A DNA stretch of 53,860 nucleotides from Acidobacteriota bacterium (GTDB lineage Bacteria > Acidobacteriota > Vicinamibacteria > Vicinamibacterales > JACPPN01), in the NCBI GenBank assembly GCA_016190995.1, contig JACPPN010000241.1, positions 1 through 53,860 on the forward strand. Direction: 5' to 3'. The notes under the pieces are model-generated. The model ran no database searches, was not told the DNA's origin, and saw only the letters and a program-made list of their open reading frames with translations. Each line of letters starts with the position of its first letter. The first letter of the stretch is position 1. Positions 17,262 through 25,537 of the stretch are shown piece by piece. Made by a program: the position numbers and the translations under genes.

Positions 17262-19772
17262 CTACCTCACCTCGACGCGATCGAGCATGACGCCCAACTG
17301 CCGATCGTCACCGCGACCGAGCGTGGCTCGAGGACTCCACGTATTCGTCAGCAGTCGAAATACGGCGGGATTCTCGCTGGCGGCTGCCGCAGCCGCGAGC
17401 GCCGGGGGAAGCGAAAACGTGTAGGGGCGGAACCCGCCGCCTCGTTCGATTGTGACCTCGCCAATCTGCTGGTCGTTCAGCTGCACCGTCACGCGCGCGG
17501 GCTCGACGTTGGATGGGCGACCGCCGTCCCCCATCCAGAACACCGCGATACGGCTGTCCTGCCGGACCCCGAGCACGTTGACGAACGAGGAGTCGCGTGT
17601 CCAACGGAAGGTGGTCGACCCCGTGTGCTCCTTCGCGTGGAAACGGAGCACCTGCAGGTCGTCCATGACGCCGACGTCGAGCGAGACCCACGGCGGCTGT
17701 GGACCCGGCGGCACGAAGCGATAGATGCCGAAGTCGAATTCCTTGCGCCGTACCTCGCGGGGGTACGCGTTGCGCGGCGACTCGTACTCGGGCACCTGAA
17801 AGCGATCGCTGTCGAGCGCCTCGATGCCAATCGATCGCGAGAGCAGATCCATGCCCCCCCCGCCAATGAAGTACACGTTGCGATAATTCTGTTCGGCCCA
17901 ATCCAGGAATTCACCGAGGACCCCTTTGTTCGGGCGGGGTCCGGCGAAGACCAGCACGTTGCGCGCGTAGATATAGGCAAGGGGCGTCGCCAGGACGTGC
18001 AGATCGGACGAGTTCCTCGTCTCGACAAGCACGAGATCGTCGTCGCCGAAGCGCGCGGCGAGCGCCTCGAGCTTGGGGATGATGCCCGCGTATTCCACGT
18101 GATGCCGGACGGGATAGCTGGCCTGAAGGTAGCGCCAGCCAGTCAGCGCGGCGAGCAGCGCCCCGACGGCGACGAGAGCGGCACGCCGGGACCGGAGCTG
18201 CAGGCGCGGGGGCCATGCGAAAGCCTGCCAGAAGGCGAGCGGCGACATGCAGAGTGCCGAAGCGCACAACAGCGTGCCCGGCAGGATGACCGCGACGAAC
18301 CGGCGGGTCATCCAGAAGTGGTCCGGGACGATGCGCAGTTTGTAGAATGTGAAGAGCGCGAACCCTGCCAGCGTGAGCAACAGTGCCGGATCGCGCCAGA
18401 AGCGGCGGATCGCCACCAGGCCGAATCCTGCGACGCCGAGTACCAGCGCGAGACGCGTGCTGTACCAGGTGAACGATCGGAGCGACATCGCGTCGTGGAG
18501 CGCAACATGGTCCACCGGCTGGCGGAGGAAGTACGCGTAGAAGGCCGCCGCCGCGACGATCGCGCCGAGCCCTATCGGAATCCATTCTCGTAGCCGAGAG
18601 GCGAGCGGCTCGGATCGTGCCGCGCGCCAGAGCACCACCAGTGCGACGAGCGCCCCGAGAATCAGCCAGACCAGTCCCAGCTGGCGAGTCATGGTCAGCG
18701 GGAGGTCGGCGTACGGGCGCATCAGGCGCGTCAGATAGACCCACGCCAACAGGAGCCAGAAAGCGAGGGAGAGGACGAGTCCCGCGCGAATCGGTTTTCG
18801 ATCGAGCAGGCCGAGCCCGGACCCCGCCGCCATGCACGCGATGGCGAGCAGCGCGTCGTACCGGAGGAACAGCAGCAGCCCGAGCAGGCTGCCTGCGACC
18901 GGTGCAAAGAACCGGTCGCCGTCGATCTGCGATCGGGCGTTGGCGAGCAGCGCCGCGAACAGCAGCGCCTGCATGACGATCTCCGCGTTCGGATAACGGG
19001 CGTACCAGACATCGACTACATTGATCGAGAGTAGCGCCGTGGCAAGTCCCGCCGCCGTGCGACCGACCAGGCGCGCGCCCGCGAAGTACACGGCCAGCAG
19101 GCCGACGAGCGCCCACACGCCGCTGGTGCGGCGCACCCCCGTCAGGCCGTCCAGGCCGTAGCCGATCGCCATCGACGCAGGGTAGAGGTGCGGGAACTGA
19201 CCGAGAACGGTTCCCTCTGTGGGATCCATCACGAAGAATCCCATGAAGCGGATGCCGAAGTAGTTCGGATCGCGGTGCCATGGAAAAAACAGGTTCCTGG
19301 TCTGCGGCGGCACGGCGGCAATGACGGGATCGTGCAGCTCGAGCGAGCCTCGCTGCGCGATCTGGACCCCCTCGTTCACGTAGACCCCTGGATCCTTTCC
19401 GCCAATCACGTACTCCGACGGCGGAAAGAACGCCCAGGCGCCGAGGGCGACGAGGGTGAGGGGAATGAGCGTGCTCGGGCCAGGTCGCGGTGCGCCACGG
19501 CCGAATCGCAGGCGCCGGTTTCCAATCGCGAGAATCGCGAGCGAGAGGAGCAGGTTGACCACGAGGAGGCTGCGAAAGCTGTAGCGCCCGGCGGCGGCAA
19601 GCGCCAGGGTGATGGCACAGGACCATCCGATGCTGATGATGACGCCCCAGAAGACGCGCTCCTCGGCGTCGAGCGCCTCCCGCCGCTCGCGATTGGCGAA
19701 AGGGATGCGGAACAGCAGCGCGCCGGGCAGGTAGCCGACGAGGAACGCCGAGCTAATGGCGACCAGCATCAC
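17262..19772 (-). CDS. Large polytopic GT-C-like membrane glycosyltransferase with C-terminal beta-rich soluble domain
   Basis: 836 aa, starting at GTG 19772 or ATG 19769. 'IGGKDPGVYVNEGVQIAQRGS' lies in the first extracytoplasmic loop, followed by about 13 TM segments. The C-terminal ~230 aa ('...RWTRDSSFVNVLG...DDRQLGVMLDRVEV') form a non-membrane domain. Confidence 0.65.
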   Translation of the reverse strand: MMLVAISSAFLVGYLPGALLFRIPFANRERREALDAEERVFWGVIISIGWSCAITLALAAAGRYSFRSLLVVNLLLSLAILAIGNRRLRFGRGAPRPGPSTLIPLTLVALGAWAFFPPSEYVIGGKDPGVYVNEGVQIAQRGSLELHDPVIAAVPPQTRNLFFPWHRDPNYFGIRFMGFFVMDPTEGTVLGQFPHLYPASMAIGYGLDGLTGVRRTSGVWALVGLLAVYFAGARLVGRTAAGLATALLSINVVDVWYARYPNAEIVMQALLFAALLANARSQIDGDRFFAPVAGSLLGLLLFLRYDALLAIACMAAGSGLGLLDRKPIRAGLVLSLAFWLLLAWVYLTRLMRPYADLPLTMTRQLGLVWLILGALVALVVLWRAARSEPLASRLREWIPIGLGAIVAAAAFYAYFLRQPVDHVALHDAMSLRSFTWYSTRLALVLGVAGFGLVAIRRFWRDPALLLTLAGFALFTFYKLRIVPDHFWMTRRFVAVILPGTLLCASALCMSPLAFWQAFAWPPRLQLRSRRAALVAVGALLAALTGWRYLQASYPVRHHVEYAGIIPKLEALAARFGDDDLVLVETRNSSDLHVLATPLAYIYARNVLVFAGPRPNKGVLGEFLDWAEQNYRNVYFIGGGGMDLLSRSIGIEALDSDRFQVPEYESPRNAYPREVRRKEFDFGIYRFVPPGPQPPWVSLDVGVMDDLQVLRFHAKEHTGSTTFRWTRDSSFVNVLGVRQDSRIAVFWMGDGGRPSNVEPARVTVQLNDQQIGEVTIERGGGFRPYTFSLPPALAAAAAASENPAVFRLLTNTWSPRATLGRGDDRQLGVMLDRVEVR

Positions 19773-19892
19773 TCGATTCTTTCAACCTGAATCCGACGTC
19801 AAAAGCTCTCACCGCGGAGCACGCGAAGGACGCGGAGACTGGGAAAACCAGGCAATTCACATCCTCTCGTTGGCGAGAGCGTGCGGCGACCC

Positions 19893-21008
19893 TCAGCTCG
19901 TGACCGCGCGTGCACTCGTGTGCGACGCGGCGGCCCGGCTCACGATCATCACGTCAGTCGGATCGAGAGCCGGATAGAGCGGCAGGGACAGAAGGCGGCT
20001 GCAGATGTCGTCGGCGACGGGGCACTCGGCCGGACCGAGGTCGGCCAAGGCGGCCTGCCGCGGAATCGGAATCGGATAGTGGATCAGCGTCTCGACGCCG
20101 GACGAGGCCAGGTGCAAGCGCATGCGATCCCGATCCGACGAGAGGACGGGAAACAGGTGGTACACATGACCCGGCTCCAGCTCGGGCGGCACCTCGAAGG
20201 TCGCGATGGCGAGCGCCTGCCGATAGAGCGCCGCGAGGGCGCGCCGTTTGGTGGTCCAGGCGTTGAGGAACGGCAGGCGCGCCCGAAGAATCGCCGCCTG
20301 CAGCTCGTCCAGACGGCTGTTCACGCCCGCCTCGTCATGCTTGTAGCGGTCCGTCTGGCCGCCGTTGCGCAGCCGCCTGACCCGATCCGCGAGCTGCGCG
20401 TCGCTCGTCACGACAGCGCCGCCGTCGCCCAGCGCGCCGAGGTTCTTCGTCGGATAGAAGCTGAATGCGCCGCCAGACCCGAAAGTGCCGACCGGCGCGC
20501 CGGCCGACGTCGCGAGATGCGCCTGACAGCAGTCCTCGATCAGCGCGAGGTGGTGGCGCTCGGCGATCGCTTTAAGCGCCTCCATGTCAGCGGCCTGGCC
20601 GTAGAGATGAACCGGCAGGAGTGCCGCCGTGCGCGACGTGATTGCCGCCTCGGCCGCCGCCGGATCGATCGTCAGGCGTCGCCGATCGATGTCGGCGAAC
20701 ACGGGACGTGCGCCCGCCATCAGGATGGCGAGCGCCGAGTACGCCGCAGAAAGCGGCGAGGTAATCACCTCGTCCCCTGGCCCGACCCCGAGTGCGCGAA
20801 GCATGAGGGCAATCGCATCGGTGCCCGTTCCCACGCCGACGGCACGCGACGCCCCGCTTGCCTCAGCAAATTCCCGCTCGAACGCCTCGACCTCGGGCCC
20901 GAGGATGAACCATCCGCTCGCGATGACGCGCCGGATTCCCTCGTTGATCGCGGCGGCGTCTTCGGTTGGCGTGAGTCGCATGAAGGGCACGACATGACGG
21001 GTCATCAC
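19893..21008 (-). CDS. DegT/DnrJ/EryC1/StrS-family PLP-dependent sugar aminotransferase
   Basis: 'GWFILGPEVEAFEREFAE', 'GTGTDAIALMLRALGVGPGDEVITSPLSA' and the PLP-lysine block 'FSFYPTKNLGALGDGGAVVT' are all present. The start overlaps the stop of the upstream SDR gene. Confidence 0.9.
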   Translation of the reverse strand: MMTRHVVPFMRLTPTEDAAAINEGIRRVIASGWFILGPEVEAFEREFAEASGASRAVGVGTGTDAIALMLRALGVGPGDEVITSPLSAAYSALAILMAGARPVFADIDRRRLTIDPAAAEAAITSRTAALLPVHLYGQAADMEALKAIAERHHLALIEDCCQAHLATSAGAPVGTFGSGGAFSFYPTKNLGALGDGGAVVTSDAQLADRVRRLRNGGQTDRYKHDEAGVNSRLDELQAAILRARLPFLNAWTTKRRALAALYRQALAIATFEVPPELEPGHVYHLFPVLSSDRDRMRLHLASSGVETLIHYPIPIPRQAALADLGPAECPVADDICSRLLSLPLYPALDPTDVMIVSRAAASHTSARAVTS

Positions 21009-22033
21009 GCCTCCATGACGGCGCCCTCGGCGACATCGACGTAGCGGGAGAGATGTCGACGGTAGTACTCGACCGAGCGGGCGAGTCCTTCCTGCAAGGG
21101 CATCCGCGGTTCCCAGCCGACCGCTCCGCGGAACTTGCTCCAGTCCGCATAGAAGCTACCGATGTCGATGGCCTTCTTCTCCGGCGGCCAGTCGATGTAG
21201 CGAACGCGTCCGGCGCCCGCAATGTCGATCAGCAGGGCGACGAGCGCGCGAAGGCTGATGGGTTCGGCGCCGCCAACGTTGAACACGTCCCCGTTGCAGA
21301 GGTCCGACGCCCCCGCCCGCAGGAACGCATCCGCCGCATCGTCCACGTACACGAAGTCGCGGAGCTGCGATCCATCTCCATAGATCTGGATGTCTCGGTC
21401 CTCAATCGCGAGCCTTATGAACCAGCCGATGAAGCCCTGGCGATTGTGCTTGATCAGCTGCCGCGGCCCGTACACGTTCGTCAGGCGCAGGGAGCACGCC
21501 CGGATGCCGAACACGTGGTTGTAGAGCAGATGGTAGTACTCGCCCGCCGCCTTGTTGATGCCGTTGACGTCGCTCGGCCGCACCAGATGCGTTTCGGTCA
21601 CCGGCAGCGAGTCCGGCTTGCCATAGACCTGGCGTGTTCCGGCGAACACGACCTTCACACCGTTGTTGTGCTGCCGGCACGCCTCGAGGATGAATAGCTG
21701 GCTGCGGCAGTTGATTTCCAGATCGGTGTACGGATCGCGCATGCTATCGATGTGGCTGACCTGACCCGCCAGGTTGAAGATGACCTCGCGGTCACGTACC
21801 AGGTGGTTCATCGTGCTCTGTTGCCGGACGTCGGCGATGTTCACGCGCACGCGGTCGGCAATTCCGTCGATGTTGAACAGATTGCCCCCGTAGTCGGGAA
21901 TCAGGGAATCGACCAGAAGGACGTCGGCCCCGAGCTCCACCAGGTGACGCGCCAGGTTGCTGCCGATGAATCCGAGACCGCCCGTGATCATCACGCGACG
22001 GTCGCGGTAGAACGACCGGTAATCGTTCGTCAC
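21005..22033 (-). CDS. Extended SDR, NAD-dependent sugar epimerase/dehydratase family (atypical active-site motif)
   Basis: A GTG start at 22033 forms a GTGA overlap with the GT2 stop. The Rossmann motif is 'VMITGGLGFIGSNL'. 'AGTRQVYG' and 'RLTNVYGPRQ' blocks are present, but the expected YxxxK reads 'VNGINK' (nt 21551-21568). Confidence 0.85.
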   Translation of the reverse strand: MTNDYRSFYRDRRVMITGGLGFIGSNLARHLVELGADVLLVDSLIPDYGGNLFNIDGIADRVRVNIADVRQQSTMNHLVRDREVIFNLAGQVSHIDSMRDPYTDLEINCRSQLFILEACRQHNNGVKVVFAGTRQVYGKPDSLPVTETHLVRPSDVNGINKAAGEYYHLLYNHVFGIRACSLRLTNVYGPRQLIKHNRQGFIGWFIRLAIEDRDIQIYGDGSQLRDFVYVDDAADAFLRAGASDLCNGDVFNVGGAEPISLRALVALLIDIAGAGRVRYIDWPPEKKAIDIGSFYADWSKFRGAVGWEPRMPLQEGLARSVEYYRRHLSRYVDVAEGAVMEA

Positions 22034-22824
22034 GGCTGCGTATCCTTGGATTCGCGCGGGCGCTGAATTCCCGCGGTTCCGGGCTGGAAATCAGGCGAAG
22101 GGTTGGTCGATCGCTTGTGCTGCTGCTGGACCACGAGCTGCAGCCATAGCTTCATGACATCGACACCGGTGCGAAAGATGCGACGAAAATTGAAGAACTG
22201 CGACTTGCCGAACGCGCGGTGGTAATGATGAACCGGCACTTCGGCGATCCGGAAGCCCGCATCCTGGATCTTCTTCATCATCTCGAGGCAGATGACACCG
22301 CTGTTCTTCTCCAGGAGCACGCGATCGAAGATGGCCTTTCGCATCAGCCGGAAGTCGCAGTCGACGTCCCGCACTCGCAGACCGAAGAGGATCTTGACGG
22401 TGTGGTGATAGACGCGGCCGATGAGCCTTCGGTGTAATGGATCGGATCTGCTGATCTTGTAGCCGTTCACGAGATCGATTCCGTCCCGCATGGCGGCCCA
22501 CAGCGTCTCGAGCTCGAACGGGTCGTACTGAGCGTCGCCGTCGGTATAGAAGATGAGCTCTTTCGTCGAGGACGCGAATCCTGTCCGGAGCGCGCCGCCG
22601 TACCCGCGATTCTCCGGGTGATGGATGACCCGCACTTCGGGGTACATACGGGCGAGCTCGTCAGCGATCTGGGGGGTCGGGTCGGCGCTCCCGTCGTTGA
22701 CGACGATGACCTCAAAGTCGGAGGTCAGCTTGCGCGCGGCCTGCCGTGCCGTGACGACCATGCTGGCGATCGTCCCGCTGTCGTTGTACGCGGGAAAAAA
22801 GATGGTGAGCCCGGAGTGCTTCAT
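22030..22824 (-). CDS. GT2 glycosyltransferase, Dpm1/polyprenyl-phosphate glycosyltransferase-like (soluble type)
   Basis: 'LTIFFPAYNDSGTI...FEVIVVNDGSADPT...NRGYGGALRTGF...ELIFYTDGDAQYDP' is the classic GT-A/GT2 signature. This is the first gene of the long minus-strand operon. Confidence 0.85.
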   Translation of the reverse strand: MKHSGLTIFFPAYNDSGTIASMVVTARQAARKLTSDFEVIVVNDGSADPTPQIADELARMYPEVRVIHHPENRGYGGALRTGFASSTKELIFYTDGDAQYDPFELETLWAAMRDGIDLVNGYKISRSDPLHRRLIGRVYHHTVKILFGLRVRDVDCDFRLMRKAIFDRVLLEKNSGVICLEMMKKIQDAGFRIAEVPVHHYHRAFGKSQFFNFRRIFRTGVDVMKLWLQLVVQQQHKRSTNPSPDFQPGTAGIQRPRESKDTQP

Positions 22825-22935
22825 CGACCTGAATGACAGCGCATCGAAGCCGTAAACCTTACCATAGCAATCACTTGAACGACAAGAGAGGCAGCCGCGA
22901 GCATCGCGCGCGGTACGGCGCTACACTCGAAGTCT

Positions 22936-23559
22936 ATGCGTGCCGCTCAATGGCTGGCGATCGGAATCGTCCTTGTTCTCTCCGATTGCTCCGATCTCCA
23001 GGCCATCAACTTGGCGCTCAGCCGGTCGGACCTCGAGCGTGCGGTGGCGCTGGCGCGCTGGCCCCATTCCGACAGCGACCGGGCCCGATTCCACGCGCCC
23101 TACATTGTCGCGGTCAAGGGCCTTCTCGTCGATTACGTCATCGTCGATCGCATTGAAGTCATCACCGGGTTCCGCCGCCTTGAGCTCCTCGCGGAAGAGC
23201 ATGCGCGCCTGAACGACCTGTGGGGCCGGCCCGGCGTCCGCGACGCAGAGGAAGCGCTGCGTCCATGGCGCGATCGCGTTTCGATCGTGGCGCACCTCCG
23301 TTTCCAGGTGGCGAACCAGTACATCACCGGCGTTCCGCCCGTCGCCGTTGCGCTCGGTGAGCCTGAGCCAGTGGCACCAATCGACGTGCGCCGCCTGGGG
23401 ATGTACCGCAGTGATGATCACGGTTCGGTGCTGATTGGCGCGACGGTCGAGACGACGTTCGACGCGAGATCCGTGGGACAGACGGTCCGCCAGGTTCTCG
23501 TGCGCTGGGACGGAAGGGAGCTGGCTCGCGCGACGATGGACTTCGCGCGGCTGGAGTAG
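22936..23559 (+). CDS. Hypothetical exported protein (possible lipoprotein, non-canonical lipobox)
   Basis: This is the only plus-strand gene in the island. Codon third positions are GC-rich and the composition is normal, unlike the overlapping Arg-rich minus ORF 22921-23790. The N-terminus 'MRAAQWLAIGIVLVLSDCSD' is signal-like. No family was recognised. Confidence 0.55.
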   Translation: MRAAQWLAIGIVLVLSDCSDLQAINLALSRSDLERAVALARWPHSDSDRARFHAPYIVAVKGLLVDYVIVDRIEVITGFRRLELLAEEHARLNDLWGRPGVRDAEEALRPWRDRVSIVAHLRFQVANQYITGVPPVAVALGEPEPVAPIDVRRLGMYRSDDHGSVLIGATVETTFDARSVGQTVRQVLVRWDGRELARATMDFARLE

Positions 23560-23572
23560 CGGCCCTGGTCGG

Positions 23573-24802
23573 TCATGCCGGCGTGACGCGGTCGTAGATC
23601 TCCTCGAACGTCTTGGCAACGCGATCCCATCCATGCTGCTGCAGCATCGCCTGACGTGCCGCGAGACCAAGGTGCCCTCGACGAATCGGATCTTCCAGCA
23701 CTGATGCAATCCGCGCGGCCAGTCCCTCGGCGTCACGCTCCGGCGCGACGAGCGCCGTCTCGCCGTCCACCACGATCGACTGGATGCCACCCGCCGAGGT
23801 GGTCACGACGGGCGTTCCCGACGCCAGCGCCTCCATCAGGGTATTCGGCAGACCGTCGACGTTTCCCGACTCATCCCGCACGGACGGAATGACGACGACG
23901 TCGGCAGCCGCCAGATGCATGGCGATCCGCTGCTGAGGAATCACACCGGCGAATCGAACGTGCGACGCGAGGCCGCCTGCCGCAGCTCTGCTGCGCAGCT
24001 CGGATTCGAGGTCACCGCCACCCGCGACAACGAGACGGAGGTCGGGCCACCGGGGCACCAGGCGCGCGACGGCGTCGATCAGGTACTCGAACCCCTTCTT
24101 ACGAACCAGCCGGCCCGCCGTGAACAGCATCGGCGTCGCCTGGGAAATGCCGAGCTGCCCGCGCACCAAGGCGCGAGCCTCCGGGTCGGGTTTGAAGCGG
24201 CCGGCATCGACGCCGTAGGGCACCACGTCGAAGCGGTCGGCTGGCGCCCCGATGGCTATCGCTCGGCGACGCAGATCGTCGCTGCAGGCCGTTATCCAGC
24301 TCGCGCGCCGAAGTGTCGCCCGCCCGGCGCATCTCACGGTCGCATGCCGCTCCGCGACGTACACGTCCGAGCCGTGCAGGCTCACGACGACCGGGATCGA
24401 TCCCGCCACTGCGGACGCGATCGTTCCGCCGGGGACCATCCAATGACCGTGGAGGATCGTCGCGCCCTCGCGCACCGCGACCGTTCGAGCCGCACGCATG
24501 CCCGCGACGAGCGCGAGCGGTGCGACGAGCCACGCCGACAGCCGAAGGTCCGTGTCCGCCCGGAGGGCGCCCGAGTATCCGAAGACGTTCAGACGGCGGA
24601 GGGGAGCGTACTTGAAGAAATGAAACGAGACGTTCCCTTCGCGGCTCGGCCGGTCGAGGCGCGGATGCCACGGCGCAACCACGTGGACGGAGTGACCGCG
24701 TGCGGCGACGCCGTGCGCGACGGGCTCGAGAAACGTGGCGATCGTATCCCCGGGGAACCGGGGATACGAGGTCGTCACCATGACGACGATGTGACGGCTC
24801 AT
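23573..24802 (-). CDS. Glycosyltransferase family 4 (GT-B, GT1/GT4-type)
   Basis: The true start is the ATG at 24802 ('MSRHIVVMVTTSYPRFPGD'), forming an ATGA overlap with the upstream stop. 'LFTAGRLVRKKGFEYLIDA...LVVAGGGDLE...ADVVVIPS...ESGNVDGLPNTLMEALASGTPVV' is the GT4 EX7E region. Confidence 0.85.
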   Translation of the reverse strand: MSRHIVVMVTTSYPRFPGDTIATFLEPVAHGVAARGHSVHVVAPWHPRLDRPSREGNVSFHFFKYAPLRRLNVFGYSGALRADTDLRLSAWLVAPLALVAGMRAARTVAVREGATILHGHWMVPGGTIASAVAGSIPVVVSLHGSDVYVAERHATVRCAGRATLRRASWITACSDDLRRRAIAIGAPADRFDVVPYGVDAGRFKPDPEARALVRGQLGISQATPMLFTAGRLVRKKGFEYLIDAVARLVPRWPDLRLVVAGGGDLESELRSRAAAGGLASHVRFAGVIPQQRIAMHLAAADVVVIPSVRDESGNVDGLPNTLMEALASGTPVVTTSAGGIQSIVVDGETALVAPERDAEGLAARIASVLEDPIRRGHLGLAARQAMLQQHGWDRVAKTFEEIYDRVTPA

Positions 24803-25524
24803 GCGGCTCGACGTTCGGATGACCAGAGCTTTCGAAGGACGAGACGCCAGGGCGTCAACAGCGCTTCGAGCATCACGCGCTTCGACATCTTCGAGGTGCC
24901 CTGCCGGCGCTCGACGAAGACAATCGGCACCTCCGCGATCCGGAAGCCGAGCCGCGACGTCTCGTACAGCATCTCGAACTGGAAGGCGTAGCCTTCCGAC
25001 ACGATGCCGCGTTCGAGCACACGGACCAGCGCCTCGCGGCGCCAGCAGCGGAACCCGCTCGAACAATCGTGGACCGGGAGCCGCGTGACCGTGCGGACGT
25101 AGCGGTTCGCAAAGACGCTCAACGCCAGGCGGTGGAGGGGCCAGTTCACGACGCTGACGCCTTGCAGATACCGCGAGCCCAGGACCAGATCGTTCGTCCT
25201 CGACGCCTCGACCATGCCCGGGAGGTACTTCGGATCGTGGGAAAAGTCGGCGTCCATCTGACAGATGACGTCGGCCTCCGACTTCACTGCCCGCGACATG
25301 CCCTCGATGTACGAGCGGCCCAACCCTTTGACGCCGGTGCGGCGAAGCACCTCGATCCGTCCGGGATACTCCCGGGCGAGCTCTTCGGCAACCTCGCCTG
25401 TGCCGTCCGGCGACCGGTCGTCGACGACCATGACCCGATAGCCGTCGTGGCGCATGAGGTCGCCGACCAGGAGCGGCAGGTTGTCGCGCTCGTTGTAGGT
25501 CGGGATGATGATGAGCACGTTCAT
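24799..25524 (-). CDS. Polyprenol-monophosphomannose synthase-like GT2 (Ppm1/Dpm1 family)
   Basis: The likely start is the ATG at 25524 ('MNVLIIIPTYNERDNLPLLV'). 'VMVVDDRSPDGTGEVAEELAREYPGRIEVLRR..KGLGRSYIEG...QMDADFSHDP' is near-textbook Dpm1/Ppm1. Confidence 0.85.
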   Translation of the reverse strand: MNVLIIIPTYNERDNLPLLVGDLMRHDGYRVMVVDDRSPDGTGEVAEELAREYPGRIEVLRRTGVKGLGRSYIEGMSRAVKSEADVICQMDADFSHDPKYLPGMVEASRTNDLVLGSRYLQGVSVVNWPLHRLALSVFANRYVRTVTRLPVHDCSSGFRCWRREALVRVLERGIVSEGYAFQFEMLYETSRLGFRIAEVPIVFVERRQGTSKMSKRVMLEALLTPWRLVLRKLWSSERRAA

Positions 25525-25537
25525 GACGGCCACCGGG

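Noticed and set aside
16962-19626. Long ORFs 16962-18593 (+) and 17911-19626 (-) overlapping the 836-aa GT-C gene
   Set aside because: Both are Arg-rich. The 17262-19772 frame has coherent TM segments and a folded C-terminal domain.
22921-23790. 289-aa minus-strand ORF competing with the plus-strand hypothetical 22936-23559
   Set aside because: It is Arg/Ser/His-rich junk-like sequence that would overlap the 3' end of the GT4 gene. The plus-strand frame has better codon bias and a signal peptide. The confidence is moderate only.
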